Assembly (NCBI GenBank): GCA_963675785.1
Contig: OY776562.1
Span: 384,001-448,000 of the forward strand
Source of the DNA: Anaerolineae bacterium
Lineage (GTDB): Bacteria > Chloroflexota > Anaerolineae > UBA1429
DNA length: 64,000 nt
Direction: 5' to 3'
In this document: piece by piece, positions 29,680 through 39,829 of the stretch
How positions within the stretch are numbered: the first letter of the stretch is position 1
Layout of the letters: each line of letters opens with the position of its first letter
Translations under genes and position numbers: made by a program
Notes under the pieces: generated by a model
What the model was told of the DNA's origin: nothing
Database searches by the model: none
The model's input: the letters and a program-made list of their open reading frames with translations, nothing else

Positions 29680-30594
29680 ATGCTCGAACCCAAGTTTTGC
29701 CCGGTTTGCGGCGCCCGTCTGGGGATAAAGAGGGATGAAGATCGTCCTCGTCCCACCTGCCCCTTGTGCGGCTATGTGCATTACGTGAATCCCGTTGTGG
29801 CAGCAGGCACCCTCATCGAACAAGATGGTAAGGTGCTGCTCATCAAACGCGGCGTCAATCCACATTTGGGCGATTGGGGCTTTCCGGCGGGCTATGCCGA
29901 AGCGGGTGAATCGCCGGAAGAAGCCGCTGCCCGTGAGACCTACGAAGAGACGGGCCTGGTGGTCGAGACGCAGGATTTGCTGGGCGTGTTTGGCTTTCGT
30001 GAGGGTACGGGTCCCGGTGGCGTGCTGGTGTTGTACACTGGCAAGGTATTAGGGGGCACACTGCACGCTGGTTCGGATACCACAGACGTGGGCTTTTTCG
30101 CGTCTGATGAGCTGCCTGACAATATCGCTTTCGAGTTTCATCGGCGTGCGCTCGCACGTTGGTCACGTGCCAGGCTGATTACTTGTCGGCTGGCGCGTGA
30201 AAACGAGATTCCGGCAGTGCGAGCGCTAGCGACGCGTTCGGGTGTGGCGCAAGAAAAGGCCCTTTTTGCTGATTTACTCATCGTTTCGCTGGATCGCAAT
30301 AGCGTCGTTGGTGCCGCACCGGCGAATATTCAGGATGGAGTACTGACGATTGCCTGGCTGGCGGTGGATGAGGCCTATCGTCGTTGGGGTATTGCCTCAC
30401 GCATGGTGCAAGAGTTCATTGGTCAGGCCAAGACACGAAACTGCGTCGTGGTGCAGAGTCTCGTTTCTGTGGATAATCCTGCCGTGCTGTTGTTTGCCAA
30501 TCAGGGCTTTCAGGCGGCATCTGTTCGCCCTGACAGCGGGTCGGGCAAGATATTGTTTGAGTACCATGTTGGGGTGAGCGAATGCAAGATGTAA
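29680..30594 (+). CDS. Zn-ribbon NUDIX hydrolase fused to a C-terminal GNAT domain
   Basis: FCPVCG/CPLCG, Nudix box [23 protein letters not shown]-terminal [12 protein letters not shown]...NQGF. Confidence 0.85.
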   Translation: MLEPKFCPVCGARLGIKRDEDRPRPTCPLCGYVHYVNPVVAAGTLIEQDGKVLLIKRGVNPHLGDWGFPAGYAEAGESPEEAAARETYEETGLVVETQDLLGVFGFREGTGPGGVLVLYTGKVLGGTLHAGSDTTDVGFFASDELPDNIAFEFHRRALARWSRARLITCRLARENEIPAVRALATRSGVAQEKALFADLLIVSLDRNSVVGAAPANIQDGVLTIAWLAVDEAYRRWGIASRMVQEFIGQAKTRNCVVVQSLVSVDNPAVLLFANQGFQAASVRPDSGSGKILFEYHVGVSECKM

Positions 30595-31322
30595 AAAGAC
30601 CGTTGATTGCTGTTACCCTGGGCACTGAAGATGCCCAAGCTCCATTCGAGCGAATTCCCGACTATTTTGCTGCACTTGGATGGACCGGCCTCGATTGGCT
30701 TATCTTGAGCCCGGCGGATAGAGCGAAATTACCAGAGGCTATCTTGCAGGTGACCGGCCTGCTGCTGACGGGTGGCGGTGATGTGGCTCCCGTATCTTAC
30801 AAGCAGCAGCCCCATGCTGGGCTGGGTGGTGTAGACGAGGCTCGTGATGCGCTAGAGCTCGATGCTGCTTCTTTGGCACGAGAAGCGGGACTACCTATTC
30901 TAGGCATTTGCCGTGGCATTCAGGTGCTAAACGTGTTATACGGGGGCACCCTGGTTCAGGATATCGCCAACGACGTGCCGGGTGCGCAGAACCATCGTCA
31001 GACGGCACGCCAGGAGGGTGTACATTGGGCACAGCTCTGCGGCGCTGGCCCAGTGATGCAAGCCTATGGTTCTAGCCCCGAGCGCCGTGCATGGGTGAAT
31101 AGCCGTCATCATCAGGCTATCGATACCTTGGGCGACGGTTTGGAGGTGGTGGCTCGCGCTGATGATGGTATCGTCGAGGCGGTGCAGGGTACAGATGGCT
31201 GCTGGATTACGGGTGTGCAGTGGCACCCCGAGAACATGGTGGGCGTCGATCACTGTGCTCAAGCCCTTTTCGAAACTTTTGCGGCACAGTGTCGGGCTAA
31301 GGACAATGCAAAGGAGCGTTGA
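30582..31322 (+). CDS. Peptidase C26 / gamma-glutamyl-GABA hydrolase family
   Basis: LLTGGGD, LGICRG, VNSRHHQ, GVQWHPE. Confidence 0.9.
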   Translation: MQDVKRPLIAVTLGTEDAQAPFERIPDYFAALGWTGLDWLILSPADRAKLPEAILQVTGLLLTGGGDVAPVSYKQQPHAGLGGVDEARDALELDAASLAREAGLPILGICRGIQVLNVLYGGTLVQDIANDVPGAQNHRQTARQEGVHWAQLCGAGPVMQAYGSSPERRAWVNSRHHQAIDTLGDGLEVVARADDGIVEAVQGTDGCWITGVQWHPENMVGVDHCAQALFETFAAQCRAKDNAKER

Positions 31323-32146
31323 TGAACGATCGGCCTATTGTGGGCGTGTTCGATTCGGGCGTAGGGGGGCTCTCGGTAGTGCGCGAACTCTTGCGTGAGC
31401 TGCCCGAGGCCGAGATTCACTATGTGGCCGATTCGGCCCATTGTCCCTATGGGGCTCGTTCCCGCTCCGAGATCGTCGATTACAGCCTGGGCATCTCGCG
31501 CTATCTTTTAGACAAGGGCGCTGATGTGATTGTGGTGGCCTGCAATACGGCTTCGGCCGCTGCTTTGCGCGATCTCCGTACCGAGCTGGATGTGCCTTTT
31601 GTGGGTATGGTACCGGCAGTCAAGCCGGCGGTAAGTTCCACGCGCAGCGGTGTGATTGGCGTATTGGCTACGCCTACCACATTGGACGGGCGCTTGCTCA
31701 AAGAAGTGGTCGAACATTATGCCCAGGGGGTACGTGTGCTTACCAAGGCCTGTCCTGGCTTGGTTGAGGCGGTTGAGACTGGCGAGATCATGGCGCCAGA
31801 GACGCTCGCGTTGCTTCAAGCCTGTCTGACGCCCTTGCTGGACGAGGGCATTGATACACTAGTCCTTGGCTGTACCCATTATCCATTCTTAGAGCCGGCA
31901 ATTCGCGCCGTTGTCGGTGATTCTCTCGACATTGTAGAGCCGAGCAACGCCATTGCTCGGCAAACGCGCCACATCCTTCAAGAGATTGTTCCACAGGTTT
32001 TTGTCGAGTCTTTTGAGTTTTCCCAACACCAATTTGCTAGCACTGGCGATCCAATGGTATTACAGCAGAGCCTCAAGGCCCTGTTGGGCATCGAGGCTCT
32101 GACGTATGGCTTGATTTGGGCGCCAGATGGTCTGGTTCGCGCCTGA
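31322..32146 (+). CDS. murI: Glutamate racemase
   Basis: FDSGVGGLSV, ACNTAS, LGCTHYP. Confidence 0.96.
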   Translation: MNDRPIVGVFDSGVGGLSVVRELLRELPEAEIHYVADSAHCPYGARSRSEIVDYSLGISRYLLDKGADVIVVACNTASAAALRDLRTELDVPFVGMVPAVKPAVSSTRSGVIGVLATPTTLDGRLLKEVVEHYAQGVRVLTKACPGLVEAVETGEIMAPETLALLQACLTPLLDEGIDTLVLGCTHYPFLEPAIRAVVGDSLDIVEPSNAIARQTRHILQEIVPQVFVESFEFSQHQFASTGDPMVLQQSLKALLGIEALTYGLIWAPDGLVRA

Positions 32147-32150
32147 CATA

Positions 32151-33584
32151 CTAGCTGATAGACGATTCGGCCTCTTCGGCACGCTTGGCAAGTTCCTCTG
32201 GTGGTTCGTCGCTAGCGTAACGGGCTATGTCATAGGCACTCGCCAGGTTATGCAAGGCCTGGCTTTTCTCCGGTTCAGATGCTGAAAGCATCTTGGCATA
32301 GGCCTCTGGCGTTTTGCCAGCTGGTCGCGGTTCTCCGCGGCTAGTCATCTTGGCCAGGAATCGCTGGTAAGACAGCCTGATACGTTTCCGCGTTCCTTGC
32401 TCGCCTTCTAGGTTCAGATAGGGTATTGGTTTCGGCTTGCGCCGCAGGTTCTGCAGCACGTCTCGTATTTGCTGTTGCAGCAATTTGCCGGTCAATACGG
32501 ATTCGCGCTCCTCACCCAATTCTAGGTTCTTTTTCTTCCGGCGTCTGCGCAATGCCCTGGAAAAAATAACGATTAGCACGACAACGATGGCTGTGATAAA
32601 GAGGATCTGCAAGGCTTTTTGCAGCACCAGATTGGGCTCGGTAGCGGCTGGGTCCATATCGAGATAGTCGTCCTGAAGGCTATCCCCCACGCGATTGGCC
32701 ACCTCTTGGAACGATTCACTATAGTTTTCTTCGAGCAGGCCCAAAAGAGGGCCAAGTGCCCAAAAGGCAATGTAGGCGATGGCCAGCAAGATATACGATA
32801 TGCCCTGCTTGATGATATCCCACACGGGTTGAAGAACCTGGGATACTTGGTTGATACCTTCGGGCGAAGCGATGCGCGAGACGAGAAATCCCAGAACACC
32901 GACTGCCAGAATAACCGAAGCAACAACACCCAACCAGTATCGCGAAAGGGTCAGGGGGGAGTCCTCGTTTTGGCGTATGATGGTCGCCTCTTGCACACCC
33001 AAGAGGCCAAGCGCAAGCAGGCTAGAACAAATAAAGATGCCCATGGAAACCCAGGGGTTCATACCCAGTTGAGACCAGGCATCTTGCGGGGCAATCAAAA
33101 CCGTCAGGGCCAACACCAATGTGCCAATCAAGAAACTCTTAAAGAGCTGCTCGTATGATTGCCAGTCCGCCACCAGTCCGCGGCGCCATATCAGTGCAGC
33201 GGCTACGATGATGATTAGGGCCCCGGGGAAATATTCCTCAAAGCTCGTCAGATCGTAAAAGAGCATCTTGAGCCAGGCACTGATACTGCCAACGTCGATT
33301 CGATAAAGGGCAACCAGAACGACAATGATAACGCCGAGCCCTGTGAGAGCACTGATGATCCGTGCTTTGGGATGTTCCTGGATGATGCGTTCGAATAGGC
33401 TTGCGCCAAGTAAAAGCGCAAGCATCCAATACCAAGGGAATGATAACCCTTCGGGGCCTACGAGTTGGTTGTGCAGGGCGAACTGCAAGAGAGGGGCGAA
33501 ACAGGCCACCTGCATGACAGCAGAGATAAAGGGGATGACCCCTCTCTCAATCCAACGCCAGTTTTTCGAGACGATGCCACGCAT
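32151..33584 (-). CDS. Membrane protein with C-terminal DUF4129-like domain
   Basis: Multiple TM helices; C-terminal Y...G.PR...TP..Y...Y..ARY motif. Confidence 0.7.
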   Translation of the reverse strand: MRGIVSKNWRWIERGVIPFISAVMQVACFAPLLQFALHNQLVGPEGLSFPWYWMLALLLGASLFERIIQEHPKARIISALTGLGVIIVVLVALYRIDVGSISAWLKMLFYDLTSFEEYFPGALIIIVAAALIWRRGLVADWQSYEQLFKSFLIGTLVLALTVLIAPQDAWSQLGMNPWVSMGIFICSSLLALGLLGVQEATIIRQNEDSPLTLSRYWLGVVASVILAVGVLGFLVSRIASPEGINQVSQVLQPVWDIIKQGISYILLAIAYIAFWALGPLLGLLEENYSESFQEVANRVGDSLQDDYLDMDPAATEPNLVLQKALQILFITAIVVVLIVIFSRALRRRRKKKNLELGEERESVLTGKLLQQQIRDVLQNLRRKPKPIPYLNLEGEQGTRKRIRLSYQRFLAKMTSRGEPRPAGKTPEAYAKMLSASEPEKSQALHNLASAYDIARYASDEPPEELAKRAEEAESSIS

Positions 33585-34761
33585 CGCTTCCTCCCAGATG
33601 ATAACTCGAAAGAACCTGCGGTACCTCCGGCGCGTTCTCGCCTATAGTAATGAGGAGCGTCGGATGTGCGGCCCCTTCGATAGCGAACATGGCTTCGTAT
33701 AGGGATTCGTCGGGCGAAGCAGTGATGACCACTATTGTCGTTCCATACACGAGTTGCGGGCGTGCCGTATAGAGCAGTTCTGCCATAGGCAAACCCCGGA
33801 ATGATGTGAGAGCGGCCAGCTGCGATAGAATTCGTGGTGCCTGGTCGACACTGCGACCAGGGCGCAAGTGCTGCCAGGTTTGGCCCTCATTTCCGATCGA
33901 GTTGGACAGTACGCCTACCATATGGCGATCTTCCAGAGCCTTGATGGCGATAGAAGCCGCTGCGCTGATGACAAACTCGAGATAATCCGAGTTGTATTCA
34001 AAGGGCCGTGTGTTGGTTCGCACATCAACAGCCAGCGTAAGTGACAACGCCTCACTCGGTTCGAAAATCTTGGTCTGCAGTTCTCCCGTGCGTGCCGATG
34101 CGCGCCAATGAATGTGTTTGGGATTATCGCCGGGTACATATTCTCGGACAGATAAAAAACGCATTGGGTCATCGACAATCTTGCGTTCGGCTTTCCAGTC
34201 TCCAACCGGGCGATTGGTAGGCAGCCCCAACTTGTCCATGGGAAAGATGCGGGGGTACACAGTGAGTATCGTCCGATCCTGGTCCTGGCGATATTGCCGT
34301 TGAAAACCAAACATATCACCAGAGCTCAGCAGAGCCGGCCCAATTTTGAATACACCCCGATGCGAACCGCGCACACGGTGATGACGCCGTACGCGTTCGT
34401 ACCATCTCATGGTGAGCACTGTGACAATGCTGATCTCGTTGGCTGTTACTTTTGTCTGAACTGCCTTGGTCAGTAGATCAACCTCGGTAGGGAAATTATC
34501 CCGCACGATGAGCCAGGCAAGCGGCAGCGGTTTGGCATTGATGAACTCGAGCGTCAATTGGGTTTCTTCGCCAAAGGGTAACGTCGTGTGCTCTAGTTCG
34601 CGGCGATAGGTCACATTCGATAGACAATGTTTTGCCCAGACATCTGATGCCCACTTGGCTATGCCCAAAATTGCTGCCAGTGCTGCTGCAGTGCCGTTTT
34701 TGGTAATGAGCGCGACGATAAAGATTAGGCCAAATAAAGACCACCAGGGCGCGCGCTTCAT
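33547..34761 (-). CDS. DUF58 domain protein (MoxR partner)
   Basis: RGVF.IGP...GD.FG, VYP, VREYVPGD...IHWRASAR. Confidence 0.9.
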   Translation of the reverse strand: MKRAPWWSLFGLIFIVALITKNGTAAALAAILGIAKWASDVWAKHCLSNVTYRRELEHTTLPFGEETQLTLEFINAKPLPLAWLIVRDNFPTEVDLLTKAVQTKVTANEISIVTVLTMRWYERVRRHHRVRGSHRGVFKIGPALLSSGDMFGFQRQYRQDQDRTILTVYPRIFPMDKLGLPTNRPVGDWKAERKIVDDPMRFLSVREYVPGDNPKHIHWRASARTGELQTKIFEPSEALSLTLAVDVRTNTRPFEYNSDYLEFVISAAASIAIKALEDRHMVGVLSNSIGNEGQTWQHLRPGRSVDQAPRILSQLAALTSFRGLPMAELLYTARPQLVYGTTIVVITASPDESLYEAMFAIEGAAHPTLLITIGENAPEVPQVLSSYHLGGSDAWHRLEKLALD

Positions 34762-35735
34762 TCGCCCGCGCCTCCCTGCCAGTTTTCTTCAACGGGTACG
34801 GGTACCTGGCTAATAATATCCTGAAGAACGTCGGCTGCGGACTCGTTGCGCAGACGCATTCGAGCACTGGCAATAAGTCGATGGGCTAGCACGACTTCTA
34901 CCATGGCCTGAACATCATCTGGGATTACAAAGTCACGTCCGTTCAGTGCTGCTCTTGCTTGAGCGGTCTTGTAGAGTGAGAGTGATCCGCGAGGGCTGGC
35001 GCCCAGTGCCAAACGCTCATCATTGCGGGTGGCAGTGACCAGGGCAACAATATAATCTTCAATGGCTGGTGCGACATAGATCGAACGGCAGATGGTGATG
35101 ATTTCCTGGATTTCTTGCGGCTCTAGTACGGCCTCAATAGTCTCCATAGGATCGCTTGTCTTAAAGCGCCTGAGGATGTCACGCTCTTCATCTTCATTGG
35201 GGTACCCCAATGCCAAACGCATTAGAAAACGGTCGAGCTGGGCTTCGGGCAAGGGGAACGTGCCTTCGAGTTCGATAGGGTTTTGCGTCGCCAGAACGAG
35301 GAAAGGACGTTCCAGCATCCGTGTTTTGCCATCTGCTGTGACTTGATGCTCCTGCATAGCCTCGAGCAGGGCACTCTGTGTACGTGGACCAGCCCGGTTT
35401 ATCTCATCTGCCAGGACAATTTGCGCAAAGATGGGGCCGGGGCGGAACTCAAAGTCCTGCGAATGTTGATTATAGATGCTTACGCCGGTGATGTCGCTTG
35501 GAAGAAGGTCCGGCGTGAATTGGATGCGGCGGAACGAGCAGCCGAGTGCTGAGGATAGTGCACGTGCCAGCGTGGTTTTGCCAATCCCCGGGATGTCTTC
35601 GAGTAGTACATGGCCTTCACAAAAAAGAGCGACGAGCATGAGATCGACGACGGAGTTTTTTCCGACGATGACCTTTTCAACTTGCTCGCGCACAACTGCT
35701 CCGGCTTGACGAACTCGATCGATACGATTCTCCAT
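34758..35735 (-). CDS. MoxR family AAA+ ATPase
   Basis: EDIPGIGKT, RIQFTPDLLPSD, DEINR, ATQNPIE, PEAQLDRF. Confidence 0.95.
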   Translation of the reverse strand: MENRIDRVRQAGAVVREQVEKVIVGKNSVVDLMLVALFCEGHVLLEDIPGIGKTTLARALSSALGCSFRRIQFTPDLLPSDITGVSIYNQHSQDFEFRPGPIFAQIVLADEINRAGPRTQSALLEAMQEHQVTADGKTRMLERPFLVLATQNPIELEGTFPLPEAQLDRFLMRLALGYPNEDEERDILRRFKTSDPMETIEAVLEPQEIQEIITICRSIYVAPAIEDYIVALVTATRNDERLALGASPRGSLSLYKTAQARAALNGRDFVIPDDVQAMVEVVLAHRLIASARMRLRNESAADVLQDIISQVPVPVEENWQGGAGE

Positions 35736-35818
35736 AGAGCTGTCTCCTCTTGCCGATTTGGATGCTATATTATGACACAAATTTAGTTAGCAGGCCAACT
35801 ATCGGTATCATACCAATT

Positions 35819-36202
35819 CTAGAGAGATTTGCCCAACCAAATACCACCCGCAGCAGCAAAAAGACCCAACAAAACGCTGCTTACGATATTGAGAAAACTG
35901 TGCAGCGGTGCTTGCTCAACCAGTTGAAGACTTTCCAACATAAAGGTAGAGAACGTGGTGAACGAGCCGAAAAACCCTGTAAATAAGGCCAGGCCTACAC
36001 GCGGGGAGATGACGGATTTCTCAACGGCAATGGTATAAAGCAGGGCCAACAAAAAGCTGCCGCTAACGTTGATGAGCAGTGTGGCGTAAGGGAAGGCGGT
36101 TTGCACGCTTTGGTTAACCCAGGTGCCCAGCCAGTGGCGGGCGTTAGCTCCAAGTACAGCGCCGATGGAGATGAGCAGCACGGTATCCAGTGTAGCATTC
36201 AT
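35819..36202 (-). CDS. crcB: Fluoride channel FluC/CrcB
   Basis: GAVLGANAR, FPYATLLINVSG, TGFFGSFTTFSTF. Confidence 0.95.
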   Translation of the reverse strand: MNATLDTVLLISIGAVLGANARHWLGTWVNQSVQTAFPYATLLINVSGSFLLALLYTIAVEKSVISPRVGLALFTGFFGSFTTFSTFMLESLQLVEQAPLHSFLNIVSSVLLGLFAAAGGIWLGKSL

Positions 36203-36246
36203 ACGTCGCACAATTATCCTCTTTACAAGATTCGAATTAATCAAAA

Positions 36247-36286
36247 TAAAAAAACCTCTACCTGACAGCAAACTGCCGGTAGAGGC
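36247..36286 (-). terminator. Riboswitch expression-platform terminator
   Basis: Minus strand CCTCTACC...GGTAGAGG followed by a T7 run, overlapping the aptamer 3' end. Confidence 0.85.
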
Positions 36287-36332
36287 CATCAGCCGCGAAA
36301 CGGCGGTTGGGTCGGGTGAGCCTCATCACCCA
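36278..36332 (-). ncRNA. Fluoride riboswitch (crcB motif)
   Basis: GGTGATGAGGCTCACC...AACCGCC...GCTGATGGCCTCTAC directly upstream of crcB; promoter TTGACA-16-TAGAAT at 36371-36344. Confidence 0.93.
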
Positions 36333-36443
36333 GAATAGGTTTAATTCTAGGGGTGCGCGTTTATCTGTCAATTCGAGCTCGCTACCTCCATCTTGATTGG
36401 GTTCGCCCGGCATGCTATCATAAACCACAATGAGGACGTGTTG

Positions 36444-37763
36444 ATGGATAGATTGATTGTGATTGGCGGCGGTTTGGCGGGCTGTGAAGCCGCCTGGCAA
36501 GCTGCGGAACGGGGCATTGCTGTAACGCTCTATGAGATGCGCCCGAGCAAGATGACGCCAGCGCACCAGAGTGATCAACTGGCAGAGCTCGTTTGTAGCA
36601 ACTCTTTGGGTTCCATGCTGCGCGATCGTGCTCCCGGTTTGCTCAAAGCAGAGCTGAGCACACTGAATTCGCTGATTTTGAGCTGCGCCCAAGAGAGCGC
36701 CGTGCCGGCAGGCCGTGCATTGGCAGTAGGGCGAGAGACGTTCTCAAAGCTGGTTACAGAGCGTGTGGAGGCGCACCCGCTTATCTCGGTAGTTCGTGAA
36801 CACATTGGCCGCGTGCCGCGTGATGGTGTAGTGATTGTCGCGACCGGTCCCCTTACCTCTGACGAGTTGGCCGCCGATATCGCCAGCCTTGTGGGACAAG
36901 AGAGCCTGGCTTTTTATGATGCGATGGCGCCCATCGTTTCGGTCGATTCTATCGACATGAGTATTGCTTTTCGTGCTTCGCGATGGGATGATGGACCTGG
37001 GGACTATATCAATTGCCCCATGGATAAAGACCAGTATGAGACCTTTGTTGCTGCTCTGACCACGGCTGAACGCATTCCACTAGAGAGCTTTGAGACGCAA
37101 GATAAAAAGTTCTTTGAAGCCTGCCTTCCAGTCGAAGTTCTAGCTGTGCGAGGCATACAGGCATTGGCCTTTGGGCCGCTTCGTCCGGTAGGATTGTTTG
37201 ATCCGCGTACCGGTCGCAGGCCTTATGCGGCAGTGCAGCTTCGCCAGGACAATGTAGCTGGCTCGCTGTACAATCTGGTGGGTTTTCAGACGAACTTGCG
37301 TTGGCCGGAACAGAAACGTGTGTTTGGTATGATCCCAGGATTAGAGAACGCCGAGTGGGTTCGTTACGGGCAGATGCATCGCAACACCTTTTTATGCTCG
37401 CCTAGCCTTCTTGAACCAACTTGTCAGTGGCGGGGCAATCCTTCCATTTTCTTTGCGGGGCAGCTCATTGGCACCGAGGGCTATGTCGGTTCGGCGGCAA
37501 GCGGACTGCTGGCTGGCATCAATGCGGCGCGGTTCCTTCGGGGCCAGTCATTGTTGGTTCTCCCCGAAACCACCATGCTGGGCAGCTTGATGCACTATGT
37601 CTCGGCTGAGCGAGGAGACTCTTTCCAGCCTATCAAGGCCAATATGGGGCTGCTGCCACCCATGGTGCCATATATTCGTAAAGAGCAAGAGCGGCGCGAT
37701 GCGATGGTTGATCGGGCGGAGCAGGATTTACACACCTTTATTGAACAAGAGAGTGTGCTTTGA
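36444..37763 (+). CDS. trmFO: Folate/FAD-dependent tRNA m5U54 methyltransferase
   Basis: GGGLAGCEAA, AELVCSNS, VGFQT, YGQMHRNT, GTEGY. Confidence 0.96.
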   Translation: MDRLIVIGGGLAGCEAAWQAAERGIAVTLYEMRPSKMTPAHQSDQLAELVCSNSLGSMLRDRAPGLLKAELSTLNSLILSCAQESAVPAGRALAVGRETFSKLVTERVEAHPLISVVREHIGRVPRDGVVIVATGPLTSDELAADIASLVGQESLAFYDAMAPIVSVDSIDMSIAFRASRWDDGPGDYINCPMDKDQYETFVAALTTAERIPLESFETQDKKFFEACLPVEVLAVRGIQALAFGPLRPVGLFDPRTGRRPYAAVQLRQDNVAGSLYNLVGFQTNLRWPEQKRVFGMIPGLENAEWVRYGQMHRNTFLCSPSLLEPTCQWRGNPSIFFAGQLIGTEGYVGSAASGLLAGINAARFLRGQSLLVLPETTMLGSLMHYVSAERGDSFQPIKANMGLLPPMVPYIRKEQERRDAMVDRAEQDLHTFIEQESVL

Positions 37764-38635
37764 GATCGACCACAAGATGTTTGATTATTCTTTTCGTTGT
37801 TATGCTGGCCAGTATTTCACTGGTTGGTTGTGGTGATGCCAGAACGTTTGACGGCGATCGAGCCATGGAGCACGTGGAAAACCAGTGCGATTTAGGCGAT
37901 CGCTCGGTGGGCACTGAAGGAAACGCTGCCACCGTCGAGTATATTGCTGACTATCTCGAACGTTATGGATGGGACGTAGAGTATCAAGAGTTTGCCTATT
38001 TGGGGCGAACCTTGTGCAATGTGATGGGAACCAAGGGAGAGGGCCCACTGATCATTCTGGGCACCCATTTCGATACCCGTCCCGTCGCTGATCGTGATCC
38101 CGACGACAGAGCGGCTTCAGTTCCTGGCGCAAATGATGGCGCCAGTGGCACGGCTGTTTTGTTAGAATTAGCCCGGGTGCTTGATGAAACAGCTACGGAT
38201 CAGGCAACGATTACGTTGGCCTTTTTCGATGGCGAAGACCGGGGCGACTTGAATGGCTGGCCATGGTGTGTCGGGTCGAGTTACATGGCTGCTAATCTTG
38301 AGGAGGAACCTGAATATGCGCTTGTAGTAGACATGGTAGGGGATGCTGACCAAGAGTTCTTTTATGAATGGTCATCGTCACTCTGGCTTCAGGAAAAGAT
38401 CTGGGGCATTGCCGATGAACTCGGCTATGGCACAATCTTTCGTTCTGAGCATCGCTATGTGATCGAGGATGATCACACTTCTTTTCTGCAACAAGGGATC
38501 GATGCCGCGGTGATTATAGACTTTGATTACCGTTATTGGCATACGGCGAGTGACACGCCAGACAAAATCAGTGCCGATAGTCTCCAGCGTGTAGGTGACG
38601 TTTTGGAAAAGCTGCTCGAAGAGGAGCCTTTCTGA
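37760..38635 (+). CDS. M28 peptidase / glutaminyl cyclase-like lipoprotein
   Basis: Lipobox LVGC, HFDTR, GANDGASG, FDGED, EDDH, WHT. Confidence 0.88.
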   Translation: MRSTTRCLIILFVVMLASISLVGCGDARTFDGDRAMEHVENQCDLGDRSVGTEGNAATVEYIADYLERYGWDVEYQEFAYLGRTLCNVMGTKGEGPLIILGTHFDTRPVADRDPDDRAASVPGANDGASGTAVLLELARVLDETATDQATITLAFFDGEDRGDLNGWPWCVGSSYMAANLEEEPEYALVVDMVGDADQEFFYEWSSSLWLQEKIWGIADELGYGTIFRSEHRYVIEDDHTSFLQQGIDAAVIIDFDYRYWHTASDTPDKISADSLQRVGDVLEKLLEEEPF

Positions 38636-38674
38636 TATTTTTCATGCAGCACGGCTAATTGTAAGGAGACTGTA

Positions 38675-39829
38675 ATGAGGATTGCTGATCGAGTTGCCAA
38701 CTTGCCACCATATGTATTTGCGTCAGTGGAGAAAAAGATCGCAGAGAAACGCGCGAGTGGTGTTGATGTAATTAGCCTGGGTATCGGGAGCCCTGATCTT
38801 ATGCCCCCCCAGTTTATCATCGACACCCTTTGCAAGTCTGCTGCACGATCTGATACTCACGGTTACGCAGGATACTATGGCACCCCTGATTTGCGGAAAG
38901 CGATAACCACCTACTATAAGAACCGTTTTGGCGTAGAACTGGATCCGAACACCGAGGTGCGCCCGCTCATCGGCTCCAAAGAGGGTTTGGCCAATATGGC
39001 TTTTGCCTTTGTGGACCCCGGCGACATCGTTTTGGTTTCGGACCCCGGTTATCCGACCTATAGCATGGGTGCTCTTATGGCAGGTGGCGATTCCTACTCG
39101 TTGCCTCTGAAGGAAGAAAACGACTTTTTACCCGATCTTTCAGCGGTACCAGCCGATGTGGCTGCCAGAGCCAAGTTGCTTTGGTTGGGGTATCCCAATA
39201 ACCCCACCGGGGCCTTGGCGCCGATGAGTTTTCTAAAAGAGGCCGTCGATTTCGCAGCAGAATACGACATCCTTATCTGCTACGATAATCCCTACTGTGA
39301 TGTGACCTATGACGGCTATGTGGCTCCGAGCATCCTTGAGGTGCCGGGTGCAATGGATGTGGCAGTCGAGTTCAACTCGCTGTCCAAGACATACAATATG
39401 GCTGGTTGGCGCGTGGGCATGATCGTCGGCAATGCCGAGGCTGTCAAAGCGCTGACCACTTTGAAGACGAATATAGACTCGGGTATCTTTAGGCCCATTC
39501 AGGATGCTGCAACGGTGGCCCTGACCAGCGATCAGAGTTGGATTGTTGATCGGAATGCCATCTATGCCCGACGCCGCGATATCATCATGGACTGGCTGCC
39601 GAACATTGGCTGTTCAGCCATCAAGCCCAAAGGGGCCCTTTATGTGTGGGCCAAAATCCCAGAGGGTGAGAGTTCGGCAGCTTTTGGTGAGCGCATACTC
39701 AACGAATGTGGTGTGTGGCTTACGCCGGGTACAGCATTTGGGCCGAATGGAGAAGGGTTCATGCGCATTTCCATGTGCGTGCCCGAGGAGCGTCTCCAGG
39801 AAGCAGGAGAAAGGCTATTAAGACTTTAA
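38675..39829 (+). CDS. dapL: LL-diaminopimelate aminotransferase (class I/II PLP)
   Basis: LGIGSPD, GSKEG, YPNNPTG, SLSKTYNMAGWRVG, KTNIDSG. Confidence 0.8.
   Translation: MRIADRVANLPPYVFASVEKKIAEKRASGVDVISLGIGSPDLMPPQFIIDTLCKSAARSDTHGYAGYYGTPDLRKAITTYYKNRFGVELDPNTEVRPLIGSKEGLANMAFAFVDPGDIVLVSDPGYPTYSMGALMAGGDSYSLPLKEENDFLPDLSAVPADVAARAKLLWLGYPNNPTGALAPMSFLKEAVDFAAEYDILICYDNPYCDVTYDGYVAPSILEVPGAMDVAVEFNSLSKTYNMAGWRVGMIVGNAEAVKALTTLKTNIDSGIFRPIQDAATVALTSDQSWIVDRNAIYARRRDIIMDWLPNIGCSAIKPKGALYVWAKIPEGESSAAFGERILNECGVWLTPGTAFGPNGEGFMRISMCVPEERLQEAGERLLRL

Noticed and set aside
32151-35735. MoxR-DUF58-DUF4129 cluster as a novel system
   Set aside because: A widespread, previously described MoxR gene arrangement; nothing unusual here.
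36203-36289. Longer crcB start at 36289
   Set aside because: It lies within the riboswitch aptamer and terminator; family similarity starts near ATG 36202.
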